From assembly GCA_043820925.1 (NCBI GenBank), contig JBDRDL010000038.1:1-56016 (forward strand): 56,016 nucleotides of DNA, read 5' to 3'. Positions within the stretch are counted from its first letter, which is position 1; every line of letters starts with the position of its first letter. This document shows positions 33,967 to 43,697 of this stretch, piece by piece. Source of the stretch: Methanobacteriota archaeon. Lineage in GTDB: Archaea; Hydrothermarchaeota; Hydrothermarchaeia; Hydrothermarchaeales; JACRDW01. The translations under genes and the position numbers were made by a program. A model generated the notes under the pieces. It saw only the letters and a program-made list of their open reading frames with translations, had not been told where the DNA came from and did not search any database.

Positions 33967-35696
33967 AGCAACTCCTCTATTTTTCCTTTGTATAGGCGCA
34001 GCATTTCTTTTATTTCTTCTTCTCTTAACATTCCTTGAGAGCTTTCTGTCTCGTAGAACCTTTTTGGTATTTTTACTTTATCTAGGTCGAAGCCCTCTCT
34101 GAGCTTGAACTCGTACTTCAGCTTAAAAATTTCTTTGCCAAGCGCAGCAAAATCTTTTTTGCAAGTTACTCCAAGGGCGTCGAAGGCTTTTTTAATTTTA
34201 TCTTCATCGTAAACATTGCGGGCAAAGAGGCATATAACTAACGTATTAACAAAGCATCTCCAGTAGTCTTCATTTATCAGAGAATCCACGAACTCTTCCT
34301 TACTCATAGGTTTTTTCAGGGCTTTTTGGTCTATACTGTAGCCTGCATTGTCCAGGTGACCATGCCTCGGCGCAGCGATGTGTCCTACGATGTTCGCTGC
34401 GCCAGTATGATAGCCTGCGATTTCAAGATTTCCCAGAGCTAGTGCGAAATCTTCTCCGCCGTATTTACCTGCTGCATAGGCTACTCCTCTGGCGAGAGCT
34501 TTGTAAAATTCGTTCGGCTGCTCGACGATATTTCTTACAGCTTTGTCATAACTCTCAACCTCTCCCCAAGAGAATGCAACATCCAAGGTGTCTCGCTTCG
34601 ATATCAGTCTTTGCTCATAGGCTTCCGTAGCCCAGGCTAAAACCACGCCGGTGGTTATTGCGTCCAAGCCTGAGTGGTCTACCTCTTCGATGAGATGCAG
34701 AACGCCTTCTCCCATTGGCACGCCGAGAAGGCTCCCGAGAGCATATATGGGCTCGTAGTCATAGGGTATCATTTTGGTTTCGAATTCAAAACCATTGGAG
34801 AAGGGTATTTGCAGGGTTGCGATGTGAATGCAGCCAACAGGGCAGCCTGTGCAAGCTGTGCGTCTGGAGAGAAAATTCTCTGCGAAGTGCTCTCCGGAGA
34901 TGTATTCAGCATATTCAAACTGGGAAGCCTTCAAATTTCTGGTTGGCAGAGCCCTTAACTGGTTCAGGGGATTAACATTTACTGCGGTGCCGAAGTCGTG
35001 ATATTTTTTCAGGATGTCCGTATTAACTACTATGTCGTAAAGCTCCTTATAAGCCTCACTGTATTTTTTCCTGTTTGCTATCGCAAGCTCTTTAGAGCCG
35101 GAGATAGCAATTGCCTTCAAATTCTTGCTTCCAAACACGTAGCCCAGGCCTAGTCTGCCGAAGTGGCGGTAGGTGTCGACATTTACATTTGCATATCTGA
35201 CGAGCTTCTCCCCTGCAGGACCTATGCTTATAATGCTTCTCCTTCCGGGAGCCGGTTCTACTCCCCTCAATATTTTCCCAACCGTATAGGCAGAGGAAAT
35301 TCCCCATATCGAGCGTGCATCTCTGAAGAATACGCTGTCGTTTTGAATGGAGATATAGACAGGATGCTCAGCTCTTCCCTTTATCACGATTGCTCCGTAA
35401 CCTGCGAACTTAATCGCAGCACCTAGTCTACCCCCTGCGTGGCTTTCTCCAAGCTCTCCAGTCAGAGGAGATTTAAACATTGCTACTACTTTTGAGCAGG
35501 TAGGAAATGCTGCTGTTAGAGGACCTATGGCAAGGATTACAGGATTTTCTGGAGAAAGCGCATCGCAGCCTTTAGGGCAGTTTTCCAAAAGCAGCTTTGC
35601 TGCAACACCATCGCCGCCGATGTATTTTTCAAAAAGCTCTTTCTGCTCCTCTGCTTCTGCTTTTTGCTCTGATAGATTTATAGTCAGAACTCTCAT
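33954..35696 (-). CDS. aor: Aldehyde:ferredoxin oxidoreductase family tungstoenzyme
   Basis: MRVLTINLSEQK..., GGDGVAAKLL, RRTACTGCPVGC, and the length of about 580 aa. Confidence 0.85.
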   Translation of the reverse strand: MRVLTINLSEQKAEAEEQKELFEKYIGGDGVAAKLLLENCPKGCDALSPENPVILAIGPLTAAFPTCSKVVAMFKSPLTGELGESHAGGRLGAAIKFAGYGAIVIKGRAEHPVYISIQNDSVFFRDARSIWGISSAYTVGKILRGVEPAPGRRSIISIGPAGEKLVRYANVNVDTYRHFGRLGLGYVFGSKNLKAIAISGSKELAIANRKKYSEAYKELYDIVVNTDILKKYHDFGTAVNVNPLNQLRALPTRNLKASQFEYAEYISGEHFAENFLSRRTACTGCPVGCIHIATLQIPFSNGFEFETKMIPYDYEPIYALGSLLGVPMGEGVLHLIEEVDHSGLDAITTGVVLAWATEAYEQRLISKRDTLDVAFSWGEVESYDKAVRNIVEQPNEFYKALARGVAYAAGKYGGEDFALALGNLEIAGYHTGAANIVGHIAAPRHGHLDNAGYSIDQKALKKPMSKEEFVDSLINEDYWRCFVNTLVICLFARNVYDEDKIKKAFDALGVTCKKDFAALGKEIFKLKYEFKLREGFDLDKVKIPKRFYETESSQGMLREEEIKEMLRLYKGKIEELLCSK

Positions 35697-36091
35697 ATTT
35701 CAACCTCTAAAACGTCGTGAGGGCAGAATTCTGCGCAGCTCCCGCAGTGCGTGCAAACTATTGGCTTGTTCAGTTCTTCATCGAAGGTTATAGCTCCGAT
35801 TAAGCAGGCTTCAACGCAAGCTTTGCAGGCGGTGCACTTTTCTGGTTCGAAATTCAGCCTGCCTTTCTCCATCAGCAGAGCTTCGTATTCGCAGGCATGC
35901 ACGCAGGCAGGCTCTTCACAGAGCCTGCAAGTAATAATTGCAAATTCGCTTCCTATTACCCCGCCGGTAGTTCTAACTTTGATTGCACTTCTATCTGTAG
36001 ATATAACTCCGTGCACAATTCTTGCGCACGCAAAAACGCAGCTCATGCAGCCTATGCAGCGCTCTGGATTTTTTACCTTCAATCTTGGCAT
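35693..36091 (-). CDS. Poly-[4Fe-4S] ferredoxin
   Basis: Four CxxCxxCxxxC-type motifs (CIGCMSCVFAC, CRLCEEPACVHAC, CTACKACVEAC, CTHCGSCAEFC). Confidence 0.85.
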   Translation of the reverse strand: MPRLKVKNPERCIGCMSCVFACARIVHGVISTDRSAIKVRTTGGVIGSEFAIITCRLCEEPACVHACEYEALLMEKGRLNFEPEKCTACKACVEACLIGAITFDEELNKPIVCTHCGSCAEFCPHDVLEVEI

Positions 36092-36098
36092 ATTCTCT

Positions 36099-37364
36099 CT
36101 ACGCAGATAAGATTTCGTAGTATTTCTTCACAGGCTCTTTCCAGCTCATATCTTCTGCAAGATGAAAAGCGTCGAAGCACATCATATCGTACTTGCTTCT
36201 GTCGCGAATGTAAGCTTTGGTCACTGATTCAAGACCCATTGCATAGTCTGCTATAATCTCCAGATAAGGCAGCTTGATGTTGTCGACTACTGTAACGCCA
36301 CCCGCAACGCCCTCTCTAACCTCGTATTCATACACAGCATCGCTGAAGCCGCATACCCTGCTCACAATAACTGGAGTTCCTTCTTTTCCAGCTTCTAACC
36401 CGGTTAAAAGGAATGGGTCATATCTCGACGGAAATACCGCAGCATCGCAGGCGGCATAGTGCAGAATTCTCTCTTCTTCGTCCGCATATTTGAATTCGAG
36501 AATTACATTTTTCTCAATTCCTAAGTTTGTAACAATGTGCCTTATCAGCTCTTCCTGCTCGCCTTTTCCAAGTATAAGCAGCTTTGCATTCGGAACTTCT
36601 TTTAAAATCAAGGGCATGGCTTGAATTAGCGTATCAACGCCCTTAACCCAGGTGAGCCTTCCCACGAAGAGTATAAGCTGCTCTTTTTCGTTTATTCCAA
36701 GCTTGTTTCTGAAACTCTCAATTTCTCCTCTTGAAAATCTCCTGCTGCTGTATTTCTCTGTATCCACGCCGTTATGCACGACTCTAATCTTCTTTTCATC
36801 CTGCCCGAGGCTTATGAGCACATCTCTCATTGCATAGCTCACCGTTACAATCAAATCAGCCATCTTTCCAGCTTTGTTCTCTATAGCCTTGACTGTGAGC
36901 GACCCATTTCCAGTCCTTCCCTGCTCGTGAGAATGGAAGTGAAATACGAATGGTTTTTTGAGGGAGCATTCTGAAACGCAGCCAGCCCACGCAGAGAGCC
37001 AGTCATGAGAAACTATCACGTCAACCTTTCTGCCCTCTGCTTTAACGAGCTGATTGACGAGCTTTAGAGAAGAGAGTATGTTATAAACAAGCGTCTCTCC
37101 AAAGAAAATCTGGGCTTGAGGATGCCAGCGCTTCACGTCTTCTGGAATAAATATGGGCAGCATTTCTGATATGTCTGCGAGCAGGGGGCGGTGCACCTCC
37201 ACACCCTCCCATACTTCTCTTGTTGGGTTATTCCCAAGATTTCTGGAGAATACTGTAATGCTGTGCCCTAACTCCACAAATTTCTTGGACATCTCCATAG
37301 CATAGGTTCCTAAACCTCCCCTGAAGAAGGGAGGAAATTCGTCCACAAAGTAAATTATGTTCAT
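36099..37364 (-). CDS. GT-B fold glycosyltransferase (group 1 / glycogen-synthase-like)
   Basis: FPPFFRGGLGTY N-terminus and a C-terminal EX7E-like region. Confidence 0.75.
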   Translation of the reverse strand: MNIIYFVDEFPPFFRGGLGTYAMEMSKKFVELGHSITVFSRNLGNNPTREVWEGVEVHRPLLADISEMLPIFIPEDVKRWHPQAQIFFGETLVYNILSSLKLVNQLVKAEGRKVDVIVSHDWLSAWAGCVSECSLKKPFVFHFHSHEQGRTGNGSLTVKAIENKAGKMADLIVTVSYAMRDVLISLGQDEKKIRVVHNGVDTEKYSSRRFSRGEIESFRNKLGINEKEQLILFVGRLTWVKGVDTLIQAMPLILKEVPNAKLLILGKGEQEELIRHIVTNLGIEKNVILEFKYADEEERILHYAACDAAVFPSRYDPFLLTGLEAGKEGTPVIVSRVCGFSDAVYEYEVREGVAGGVTVVDNIKLPYLEIIADYAMGLESVTKAYIRDRSKYDMMCFDAFHLAEDMSWKEPVKKYYEILSA

Positions 37365-37403
37365 TCCGCTTCACTCATCTGCTGCGCAACCTCATATATC
37401 TTT

Positions 37404-38552
37404 TCACGCCCTCGCTAATATCCTGTACACAGCGTCAGACATGCTCATGAGTAGTATTCCAAGCACAGAAGTTACAAGCACTATTATTGCCGTAAGCGGG
37501 TAGAGCAGAGGCGTCACACCAGCCGCAACCCCGAGGCTTGCGAGCACAACTGAAAATTCACCCCTTGCTACTGTGCTGAAGCCTACAAAGAGCGAGGTCT
37601 TTGCAGAGAAATCCTGCACCCTTGCTGCGAAGTAGCCTGAGATTACTTTTGAAAGTACAAGCAGAGGTATCGCAATCGCAATTGTAAACACCTGCGGAAA
37701 GGTTGAGACATCTATAAGCATTCCGAAGGAGAAGAAGAACATCGAAGCGAAGAGGTCTCGCAGAGGTATAATTTTCCTCTCTATTCTCTGCACGTGCTGG
37801 GTCTCTGAAAACGCCAGGCCAAGGAAAAATGCACCTATTGCTCCAGAAATTCCTATCCTCTGCGCAGCTGCGGATACGAGAATCGCCATAGAGAACAGAA
37901 ACAGGAGAAATATCTCATCTGATTTTATGCTTATTGCCCTGTCCACGATATTGTTATACTTTTTTGCGATTATCAAAAATGCTGCACAGAATGCCACAGC
38001 CTTAAAAACAGATGCGAGAACTATAGAGGGCTCGGTGGTTCCTGCAAGCGCTGCACCAGAAATTACTGCCAGAAATAAGGCTATAAAAAGGTCCTCAAAC
38101 ACCATGATTCCGAGTATTACTTCTGTCTCAGGATTTACAATTTTCCTCAAGTCTATCAGCGCTTTGGTTATTATGCCAGAGCTGCTCATGTACACTATCC
38201 CTGCGAGGAGTGCTGCCTCAAGCACGGACCATCCAAGGGCTAGACCCAGGATTAAACCTGTGCTGAAATTTATCACAAGGTCTATGCTTCCGGCAATGAG
38301 CAGGTTTTTTCTGGATTCCACAAGCCTCTTCAGGGAGAACTCTAAACCAAGAAATAGGAGGAGCAGAATTACTCCGACCTCTGCCATGAAGCTTATTAGC
38401 TCAGAACTTTTGACGATTCCTAAGCCGTACGGACCCACCAGCATGCCGACTACTATATATGCGGGTATAACCGACAGCCTGGCGTTATGTGCAACATAGC
38501 CGCCTGCTGCAACTACAAGAAAAGCTATGCCTACCTCCAAGATTTCTACCAA
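37404..38552 (-). CDS. CPA2-family cation:proton antiporter (KhtU/Kef-like)
   Basis: About 12 TM helices; GLEFSL and ARGEFS motifs. Confidence 0.8.
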   Translation of the reverse strand: MVEILEVGIAFLVVAAGGYVAHNARLSVIPAYIVVGMLVGPYGLGIVKSSELISFMAEVGVILLLLFLGLEFSLKRLVESRKNLLIAGSIDLVINFSTGLILGLALGWSVLEAALLAGIVYMSSSGIITKALIDLRKIVNPETEVILGIMVFEDLFIALFLAVISGAALAGTTEPSIVLASVFKAVAFCAAFLIIAKKYNNIVDRAISIKSDEIFLLFLFSMAILVSAAAQRIGISGAIGAFFLGLAFSETQHVQRIERKIIPLRDLFASMFFFSFGMLIDVSTFPQVFTIAIAIPLLVLSKVISGYFAARVQDFSAKTSLFVGFSTVARGEFSVVLASLGVAAGVTPLLYPLTAIIVLVTSVLGILLMSMSDAVYRILARA

Positions 38553-38555
38553 TCT

Positions 38556-39044
38556 CTACCCCTCGCCGAGAATCGCTTTTCTGAATTTTGAGTGCTGCTC
38601 TCTTGTGCCAATCGCTACCAGAGTATCTCCAGCTTTTAAAACAGTATCAGGTTCTGGGCTTGGGAGTGCAACGTCACCCCGCAGTATAGCAATTATTGAC
38701 ACACCTGTCTTTTTCCTTATTTCGAGTTCTCTGATGCTCTTTTTTATGCAGAGCATCGCCTTCGTTAGTTCATACCACTCTATCAGCAGTCCTTTTAACT
38801 GCGCCTCCAGGTCTTTTGTAGGTGCTGGTCTGAAGAACACTCCCCCGACTATCGCCCCTATTTTCCTCGCTTCTTCCTCGTTCAGCCTGATTACTGAGGT
38901 CGGGTCTTCGCAGCATTTTTCATAAAAGTAAATCTCCAGCATGCCGTCTATGTGCAGCAGTATAGCGATTCTATCTCCGCTCTCTGTCTTTAGGATGTAT
39001 TTCTTCCCGACCCCGGGCAAATGCGACTCCTTTATGACAACCAT
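38556..39044 (-). CDS. KhtT-like antiporter regulatory subunit with TrkA-C domain
   Basis: N-terminus KESHLPGVGKKY and C-terminal RCK_C (VSIIAILRGDVALPSPEPDTVLKAGDTLVAIG) parallel Bacillus KhtT. Confidence 0.7.
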   Translation of the reverse strand: MVVIKESHLPGVGKKYILKTESGDRIAILLHIDGMLEIYFYEKCCEDPTSVIRLNEEEARKIGAIVGGVFFRPAPTKDLEAQLKGLLIEWYELTKAMLCIKKSIRELEIRKKTGVSIIAILRGDVALPSPEPDTVLKAGDTLVAIGTREQHSKFRKAILGEG

Positions 39045-39045
39045 G

Positions 39046-40149
39046 TTACACCAGCTTGGCAGGATTTATCAATCCTGCCCTGAGCGCATGGTCTGCCAGA
39101 ACAAGGGCGAGCATCGCCTCGCAGACCGGCAGAACTCTGGGCACAATACATGGATCATGTAGTCCTTTTATTGAGATCGTGGTATTCTTCATTTTCTCCA
39201 GGTCTACTGTTCTCTGTTCTTTTGCTATCGAGGAAGTCGGTTTAACAGCAGCTCTCACGACGATTGGCATTCCGTTGGAAATGCCCCCAAGAATGCCGCC
39301 CGAGTTGTTTGTCAGGGTTTTTATTTTGCTTTTATCAACGTAGAATGCGTCGTTATTCTCAGAGCCCTTTCTCTTCGCAGCCTCAAACCCTGCGCCTATT
39401 TCTATGCCTTTTACTGCTCCTATACTCATGAGCGCTTTAGCTATATCTGCATCGAGCTTATCGAATACCGGCTCGCCCAGACCGACCGGCACATTGAGAG
39501 CAATGAGCTCGACTATCCCGCCCACTGAGTCTCCTTCTTTCTTTGCCTTCAAAATTTCCCTTTCCATTTCCTTCGCAATTTTTAAATCTGCGCATCTTAC
39601 AGCGTTTTTCTCAGCATTTTTCCTTATATCCTCAATTGTTACCTCCCCAACCTTTATTCCATGTATCTCTTTGGCATGCCCCAGAATTTCAATGCCCAGC
39701 TTTGCAAGCAATTTTTTTGCTATCGCACCTGCCGCTACCCTGCCTATAGTTTCTCTTCCTGAAGCCCTTCCGCCGCCTCTCCAGTCCCAGTGCCCGTACT
39801 TCATCGCATAGGCAAAGTCTGCATGGTTCGGTCTCGGCTTGTTTTTTAGCTCTAAGTAAGGAGAGGAGTCGAAATTTTTATTATAAACGAGCATCGCTAT
39901 AGGTGCTCCAGCAGTCTTGCCCTCGAAAACTCCTGAGAGAATTTTGACTTCGTCCTTTTCTGCTCTCTGAGTCGTAACCTCGCTCTGCGCAGGTCTGCGC
40001 CTGTCCAGCTCTCTTTGAATGTCTCTTTCGCTCAGCTCTAAACCAGCAGGGCAGCCGTCCACAACTACGCCGACTGCAGCGCCGTGCGACTCCCCGAAAG
40101 TAGTTATTCTGAAAGCGCTACCAAAGGTATTTCCTGGACTCATAAGCAT
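39046..40149 (-). CDS. aroC: Chorismate synthase
   Basis: [27 protein letters not shown]. Start set at ATG 40149, with GGTGGA upstream. Confidence 0.9.
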   Translation of the reverse strand: MLMSPGNTFGSAFRITTFGESHGAAVGVVVDGCPAGLELSERDIQRELDRRRPAQSEVTTQRAEKDEVKILSGVFEGKTAGAPIAMLVYNKNFDSSPYLELKNKPRPNHADFAYAMKYGHWDWRGGGRASGRETIGRVAAGAIAKKLLAKLGIEILGHAKEIHGIKVGEVTIEDIRKNAEKNAVRCADLKIAKEMEREILKAKKEGDSVGGIVELIALNVPVGLGEPVFDKLDADIAKALMSIGAVKGIEIGAGFEAAKRKGSENNDAFYVDKSKIKTLTNNSGGILGGISNGMPIVVRAAVKPTSSIAKEQRTVDLEKMKNTTISIKGLHDPCIVPRVLPVCEAMLALVLADHALRAGLINPAKLV

Positions 40150-40196
40150 GCTGTTTATCCACCAACTTATATATATTTTAATGTAAAATAACAATT

Positions 40197-41192
40197 ATGG
40201 ACGAACTGTGGAGAAGCATTCAGAGCGTAAAGAAAGATTTCAAGAGAGACATGGAGCTCATCGAGAGGGAGCTAAATCTAAGCATTCCTAGTTCCACTCC
40301 TGCAATACTATACAGTGCCTCCAAACATCTAACAACTGGCGGGAAGAGAATCAGACCAATTCTTCTCACCCTCTCCTTTAACGCCGTAAACAGCAAAAAA
40401 AGCATCGAGTATGCGCTACCAATCGCAGCAGCGGTTGAGCTGATTCACACCGCAACCATAATTCACGACGATATACTCGACAAAAGCTCAAGGCGCAGAG
40501 GAGTCGAAACTGTGAATGCGAGGTGGGGAAACGACGTCGCCCTTATTGCAGGAGATTTAATTTTCTCAAGAGCTTTTGGGCTGGTGGCTACGCACGAAGA
40601 TAAGAGAGTCGGAGAGGTTATATCCTATGCGTGCAGGAGGCTTGCCGAGGGTCAGGTGCTCGAAAATATGCATACAAGAGATATTAAAATGACAGAAGAA
40701 GTCTATCTCGAAGTTATAGAAAGAAAAACCGCCGCTCTATTCGAGGCGTGCACGAAATGCGGGGCGATACTCGGGGGCGGCAGCGAAGAGGAAATCAAAG
40801 CGCTGTCCAGATATGGGTATCTCACAGGCATCGGCTTCCAGATGACTGACGATGTCCTGGACGTAAATGCGGGTGAGGTAAAACTCGGCAAGCCAGTCGG
40901 CGTGGATGTCAGCCTGGGAAAGCCAACCTTCGTAATCTTGCACGCCCTCAAAGCTGCCAAAGACAAAGATAAGAAGACTCTGGAGAATATACTCTACAGA
41001 AGGAGGAACTCTCTGGAGGATGTAAAAAAAGCACTCAACATAATCAGAAGCACGAATTCTATAGAATACGCTTCAAAAAGAGCCAGGTCGTTTATAGCAA
41101 ATGCAAAAAAGGAACTCAGCGTGCTAAGGGATACCAATTCGAAAAAAGCTCTGGAGCTTATAGCTGACTATGCGATAAGCAGAGAGTTCTGA
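40197..41192 (+). CDS. Polyprenyl (geranylgeranyl) diphosphate synthase
   Basis: GGKRIRP, IHTATIIHDDILD (FARM), GFQMTDDVLD (SARM). Confidence 0.85.
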   Translation: MDELWRSIQSVKKDFKRDMELIERELNLSIPSSTPAILYSASKHLTTGGKRIRPILLTLSFNAVNSKKSIEYALPIAAAVELIHTATIIHDDILDKSSRRRGVETVNARWGNDVALIAGDLIFSRAFGLVATHEDKRVGEVISYACRRLAEGQVLENMHTRDIKMTEEVYLEVIERKTAALFEACTKCGAILGGGSEEEIKALSRYGYLTGIGFQMTDDVLDVNAGEVKLGKPVGVDVSLGKPTFVILHALKAAKDKDKKTLENILYRRRNSLEDVKKALNIIRSTNSIEYASKRARSFIANAKKELSVLRDTNSKKALELIADYAISREF

Positions 41193-41713
41193 TGAAGAAA
41201 GTTACCATGAAAGTAGTAGCAGTAATAGGGACTGGAAAAAAATCAGGAAAAACTGTAACTGTAGAGGCGCTGATTAAAGAACTCAACGCACGCAAGTACA
41301 AAGTTGGGGCTATAAAGCAGATTCACGAGGAAGATTTCTCAATAGATACTCCTCACAAAGATACCTGGAGGATTGCGGAAGCAGGAGCGAAAATCGTTGT
41401 TTCTGCGGCGCCGAGAGAAGTCGCTGTGATTAAGAGGCTGAAAAATGAGGAGAAGTTTTTGGCGTCTATGCAGCTCCTCGAAAACGAAGACCTGGACATT
41501 ATAATTGTCGAAGGCAATCCCCCCGGAAACATTCCCAAGATTTTCGCTGCGAGAAACCCGGAAGGAGCAAGGAAAATTCTTCCGAGGGTCAAAGGCGTAC
41601 TCTGCATCGCATCGCTATCGCCAGAAAAATTCAAATTTAACCTGCCGGTATTCCATCCTCTGCGAGATATAAAAAAAATGGTGGATGTTCTTGAGGCTCG
41701 CCTGTTAAAGTAA
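41192..41713 (+). CDS. mobB: MobB-like molybdopterin-guanine dinucleotide biosynthesis adapter
   Basis: VVAVIGTGKKSGKT P-loop, KDTWRIAEAGA. TGATG stop-start coupling with the preceding gene; an alternative ATG lies at 41207. Confidence 0.7.
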   Translation: MKKVTMKVVAVIGTGKKSGKTVTVEALIKELNARKYKVGAIKQIHEEDFSIDTPHKDTWRIAEAGAKIVVSAAPREVAVIKRLKNEEKFLASMQLLENEDLDIIIVEGNPPGNIPKIFAARNPEGARKILPRVKGVLCIASLSPEKFKFNLPVFHPLRDIKKMVDVLEARLLK

Positions 41714-41721
41714 TTCTCTCT

Positions 41722-42000
41722 TCACTTGCCTCCACTTACGACTTCTACGATTTTTTTTCGCAAATCCTCTGCAGTATAGTAGCCTTTGAGCACAGGTTTT
41801 TCGTTTATCGCAACAGTATTTGCTTCGTATATTCCCAACTCTCTTGCGCGCTTTGTGTGTACTGGAAGGTAAACTACTTCCAATTCAGCGCTGTATTTCT
41901 CCTTTATTGCTGCGGCGATTCGCTCAATCTGCTCCTTGAAGACCTTGGTTGTGCAGTGGCATGCACCGGAGGGAAAGAAAATTTCAACCAAGACGTTCAT
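41722..42000 (-). CDS. Small Cys-containing hypothetical protein (possible thioredoxin-fold)
   Basis: FFPSGACHC motif; 4-nt overlap with the upstream permease gene. Confidence 0.5.
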   Translation of the reverse strand: MNVLVEIFFPSGACHCTTKVFKEQIERIAAAIKEKYSAELEVVYLPVHTKRARELGIYEANTVAINEKPVLKGYYTAEDLRKKIVEVVSGGK

Positions 42001-43034
42001 TGCATCACGCTCCCAAATCCAAATCCAGCGATTGTTGCAGTAAATACAACCAGCACTATATACGTGGCAGTTTTTCTTAGTCCCATGGCTCTAGCGAGGA
42101 CAAGCATACTCGGCAAACTTAGCGTAGGACCTGCGAGCAATAGGGCAAGGGCAGGACCTTCCCCCATGCCCAAATCCATAAGCGCTTTAACTATCGGAAC
42201 CTCTGTTAAAGTAGCGAAGTACATTAGAGCCCCAAAAAATGAGGCAATGAAGTTTGCGCTAAGCGAATTTCCCCCAAGGTAATGAGATATAAGCGACTCT
42301 GGAACTACAGCTTTCAGCACGCCTGCTACGAAAATGCCGAGCAGAAGCAGCGGCAAAATCATTTTTGCCAGTTCATATGTCTGTCCTGCCCACGAGCTTA
42401 TCTCCTTTAATACAAACCAGTTTTTGAGAACGATTGCTAAGGCAAAAAGCAGGGTAACTAAGGTTATTATCTTCATTTCTCTTGAAATGTATTCAGCCGT
42501 CCCAAAAATTAGTATAGCTACTAAAATCGCAAAGAAAATCACTAATTGCATGGGATTCTTGCCCTGCGAATTTGGCAGCGCAATTTTTGCTTTTTTATCT
42601 TCATTTCCATAGATAAAAGCCATTGTTAAGCCAACAATTATCGAAAAAGCTACTGCCGCCAAGGCTCTTGCAGCACCTAGCTCAAAGCCAATTAGACGTG
42701 CGGTGTAGACAATCGCAAGCAGGTTTATTGCAGGACCTGAAAATAGAAAAGTTGTTGCAGGACCTATTCCTGCACCGAGTTTGTAAATTCCTGCGAAGAG
42801 AGGCAGGACGGTGCAGGAGCAGACTGCAAGTAGGGTGCCCGAGACCGAAGCAACGCTGTATGATATGTGCTTCTTTGTCTGAGAACCAAAATATTTCAGG
42901 ACTGCGCCACCGGAAACAAAGGCAGCAATAGCACCTGCGATAAAAAATGCAGGTATCAAGCAGCTCAAAACATGCGCTGAAAGGTAGTCTCTCAAGGCGC
43001 AAACACCGCTAGAAAAAATGCCTGTAAAATCCAT
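41997..43034 (-). CDS. COG0701/ArsP-type permease
   Basis: LLAVCSCTVLPLFAGIYKLGAGIGPATTFLFSGPAINL is the family-typical Cys-containing helix. Confidence 0.75.
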   Translation of the reverse strand: MDFTGIFSSGVCALRDYLSAHVLSCLIPAFFIAGAIAAFVSGGAVLKYFGSQTKKHISYSVASVSGTLLAVCSCTVLPLFAGIYKLGAGIGPATTFLFSGPAINLLAIVYTARLIGFELGAARALAAVAFSIIVGLTMAFIYGNEDKKAKIALPNSQGKNPMQLVIFFAILVAILIFGTAEYISREMKIITLVTLLFALAIVLKNWFVLKEISSWAGQTYELAKMILPLLLLGIFVAGVLKAVVPESLISHYLGGNSLSANFIASFFGALMYFATLTEVPIVKALMDLGMGEGPALALLLAGPTLSLPSMLVLARAMGLRKTATYIVLVVFTATIAGFGFGSVMQ

Positions 43035-43274
43035 CTACATCTCCTCCTTTATCAGCCTTAGAACGTCATCCTTTCCGGGAATAACACCTGAGCATTTTAC
43101 CTTTTCATTTATCACTATCGCAGGAGTGAGCATTATCCCATAGTTGATTATGTCGTTCACGTTTTCGACCTTCGTTATTTTTGCGTCGATTTTATTCTCT
43201 TCCAGAACCTCGGTAACAATTTCTAATGTTTTTTTGCACCTCGGGCAGCCTGTTCCGAGAATTTTGATTTCCAT
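43035..43274 (-). CDS. Thioredoxin-fold redox-active disulfide protein 2 type
   Basis: MEIKILGTGCPRCKK...TPAIVINEK. Confidence 0.8.
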   Translation of the reverse strand: MEIKILGTGCPRCKKTLEIVTEVLEENKIDAKITKVENVNDIINYGIMLTPAIVINEKVKCSGVIPGKDDVLRLIKEEM

Positions 43275-43277
43275 GCT

Positions 43278-43598
43278 TTACTCCATTAAATCCAACAGCG
43301 CTTTTATTTTTTCATCTTTTATGGAGTATCGCCTCCATCTTCCGTGCCTGCGCTCTTGGAGCATCCCTGCTTTTTTGAAATCTCGCAAGTAATGCGAAAT
43401 TAGGGTTTGCTCCTTCTTGAGAAGTTTCTTAATCTCGCAGTTGCATATCTCTCTAGTGCACAGCAGGTAAGCCATTTTGAGCCTTGTAGGGTTAGATAGG
43501 ACGTCAAATATTTTTGAGGTTTTTTCGAACTCTTTATCTTTTGCTTTTTCTTTTTTATTTAGCCATAAATACCTAGTCATAATTGAAACATTATTCAT
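43278..43598 (-). CDS. ArsR/SmtB-family transcriptional regulator
   Basis: FDVLSNPTRLKMAYLL..CNCEI...LISHYLRDFKKAGML. Confidence 0.8.
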   Translation of the reverse strand: MNNVSIMTRYLWLNKKEKAKDKEFEKTSKIFDVLSNPTRLKMAYLLCTREICNCEIKKLLKKEQTLISHYLRDFKKAGMLQERRHGRWRRYSIKDEKIKALLDLME

Positions 43599-43616
43599 AT
43601 GAGGATTTCCTCATAT
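43597..43616. promoter_or_regulatory. Candidate operator palindrome at the arsR start
   Basis: atatgagga tt tcctcatat: perfect 9-bp arms overlapping the arsR ATG and adjoining atataaatatt (TATA-like). Confidence 0.5.
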
Positions 43617-43697
43617 ATAAATATTGTGATGGCATGAGAGAATTTTAAAGAAAGGAGGAGAGATAAATTTTTAAATCAGGACGATGTAAGTGGCGTT

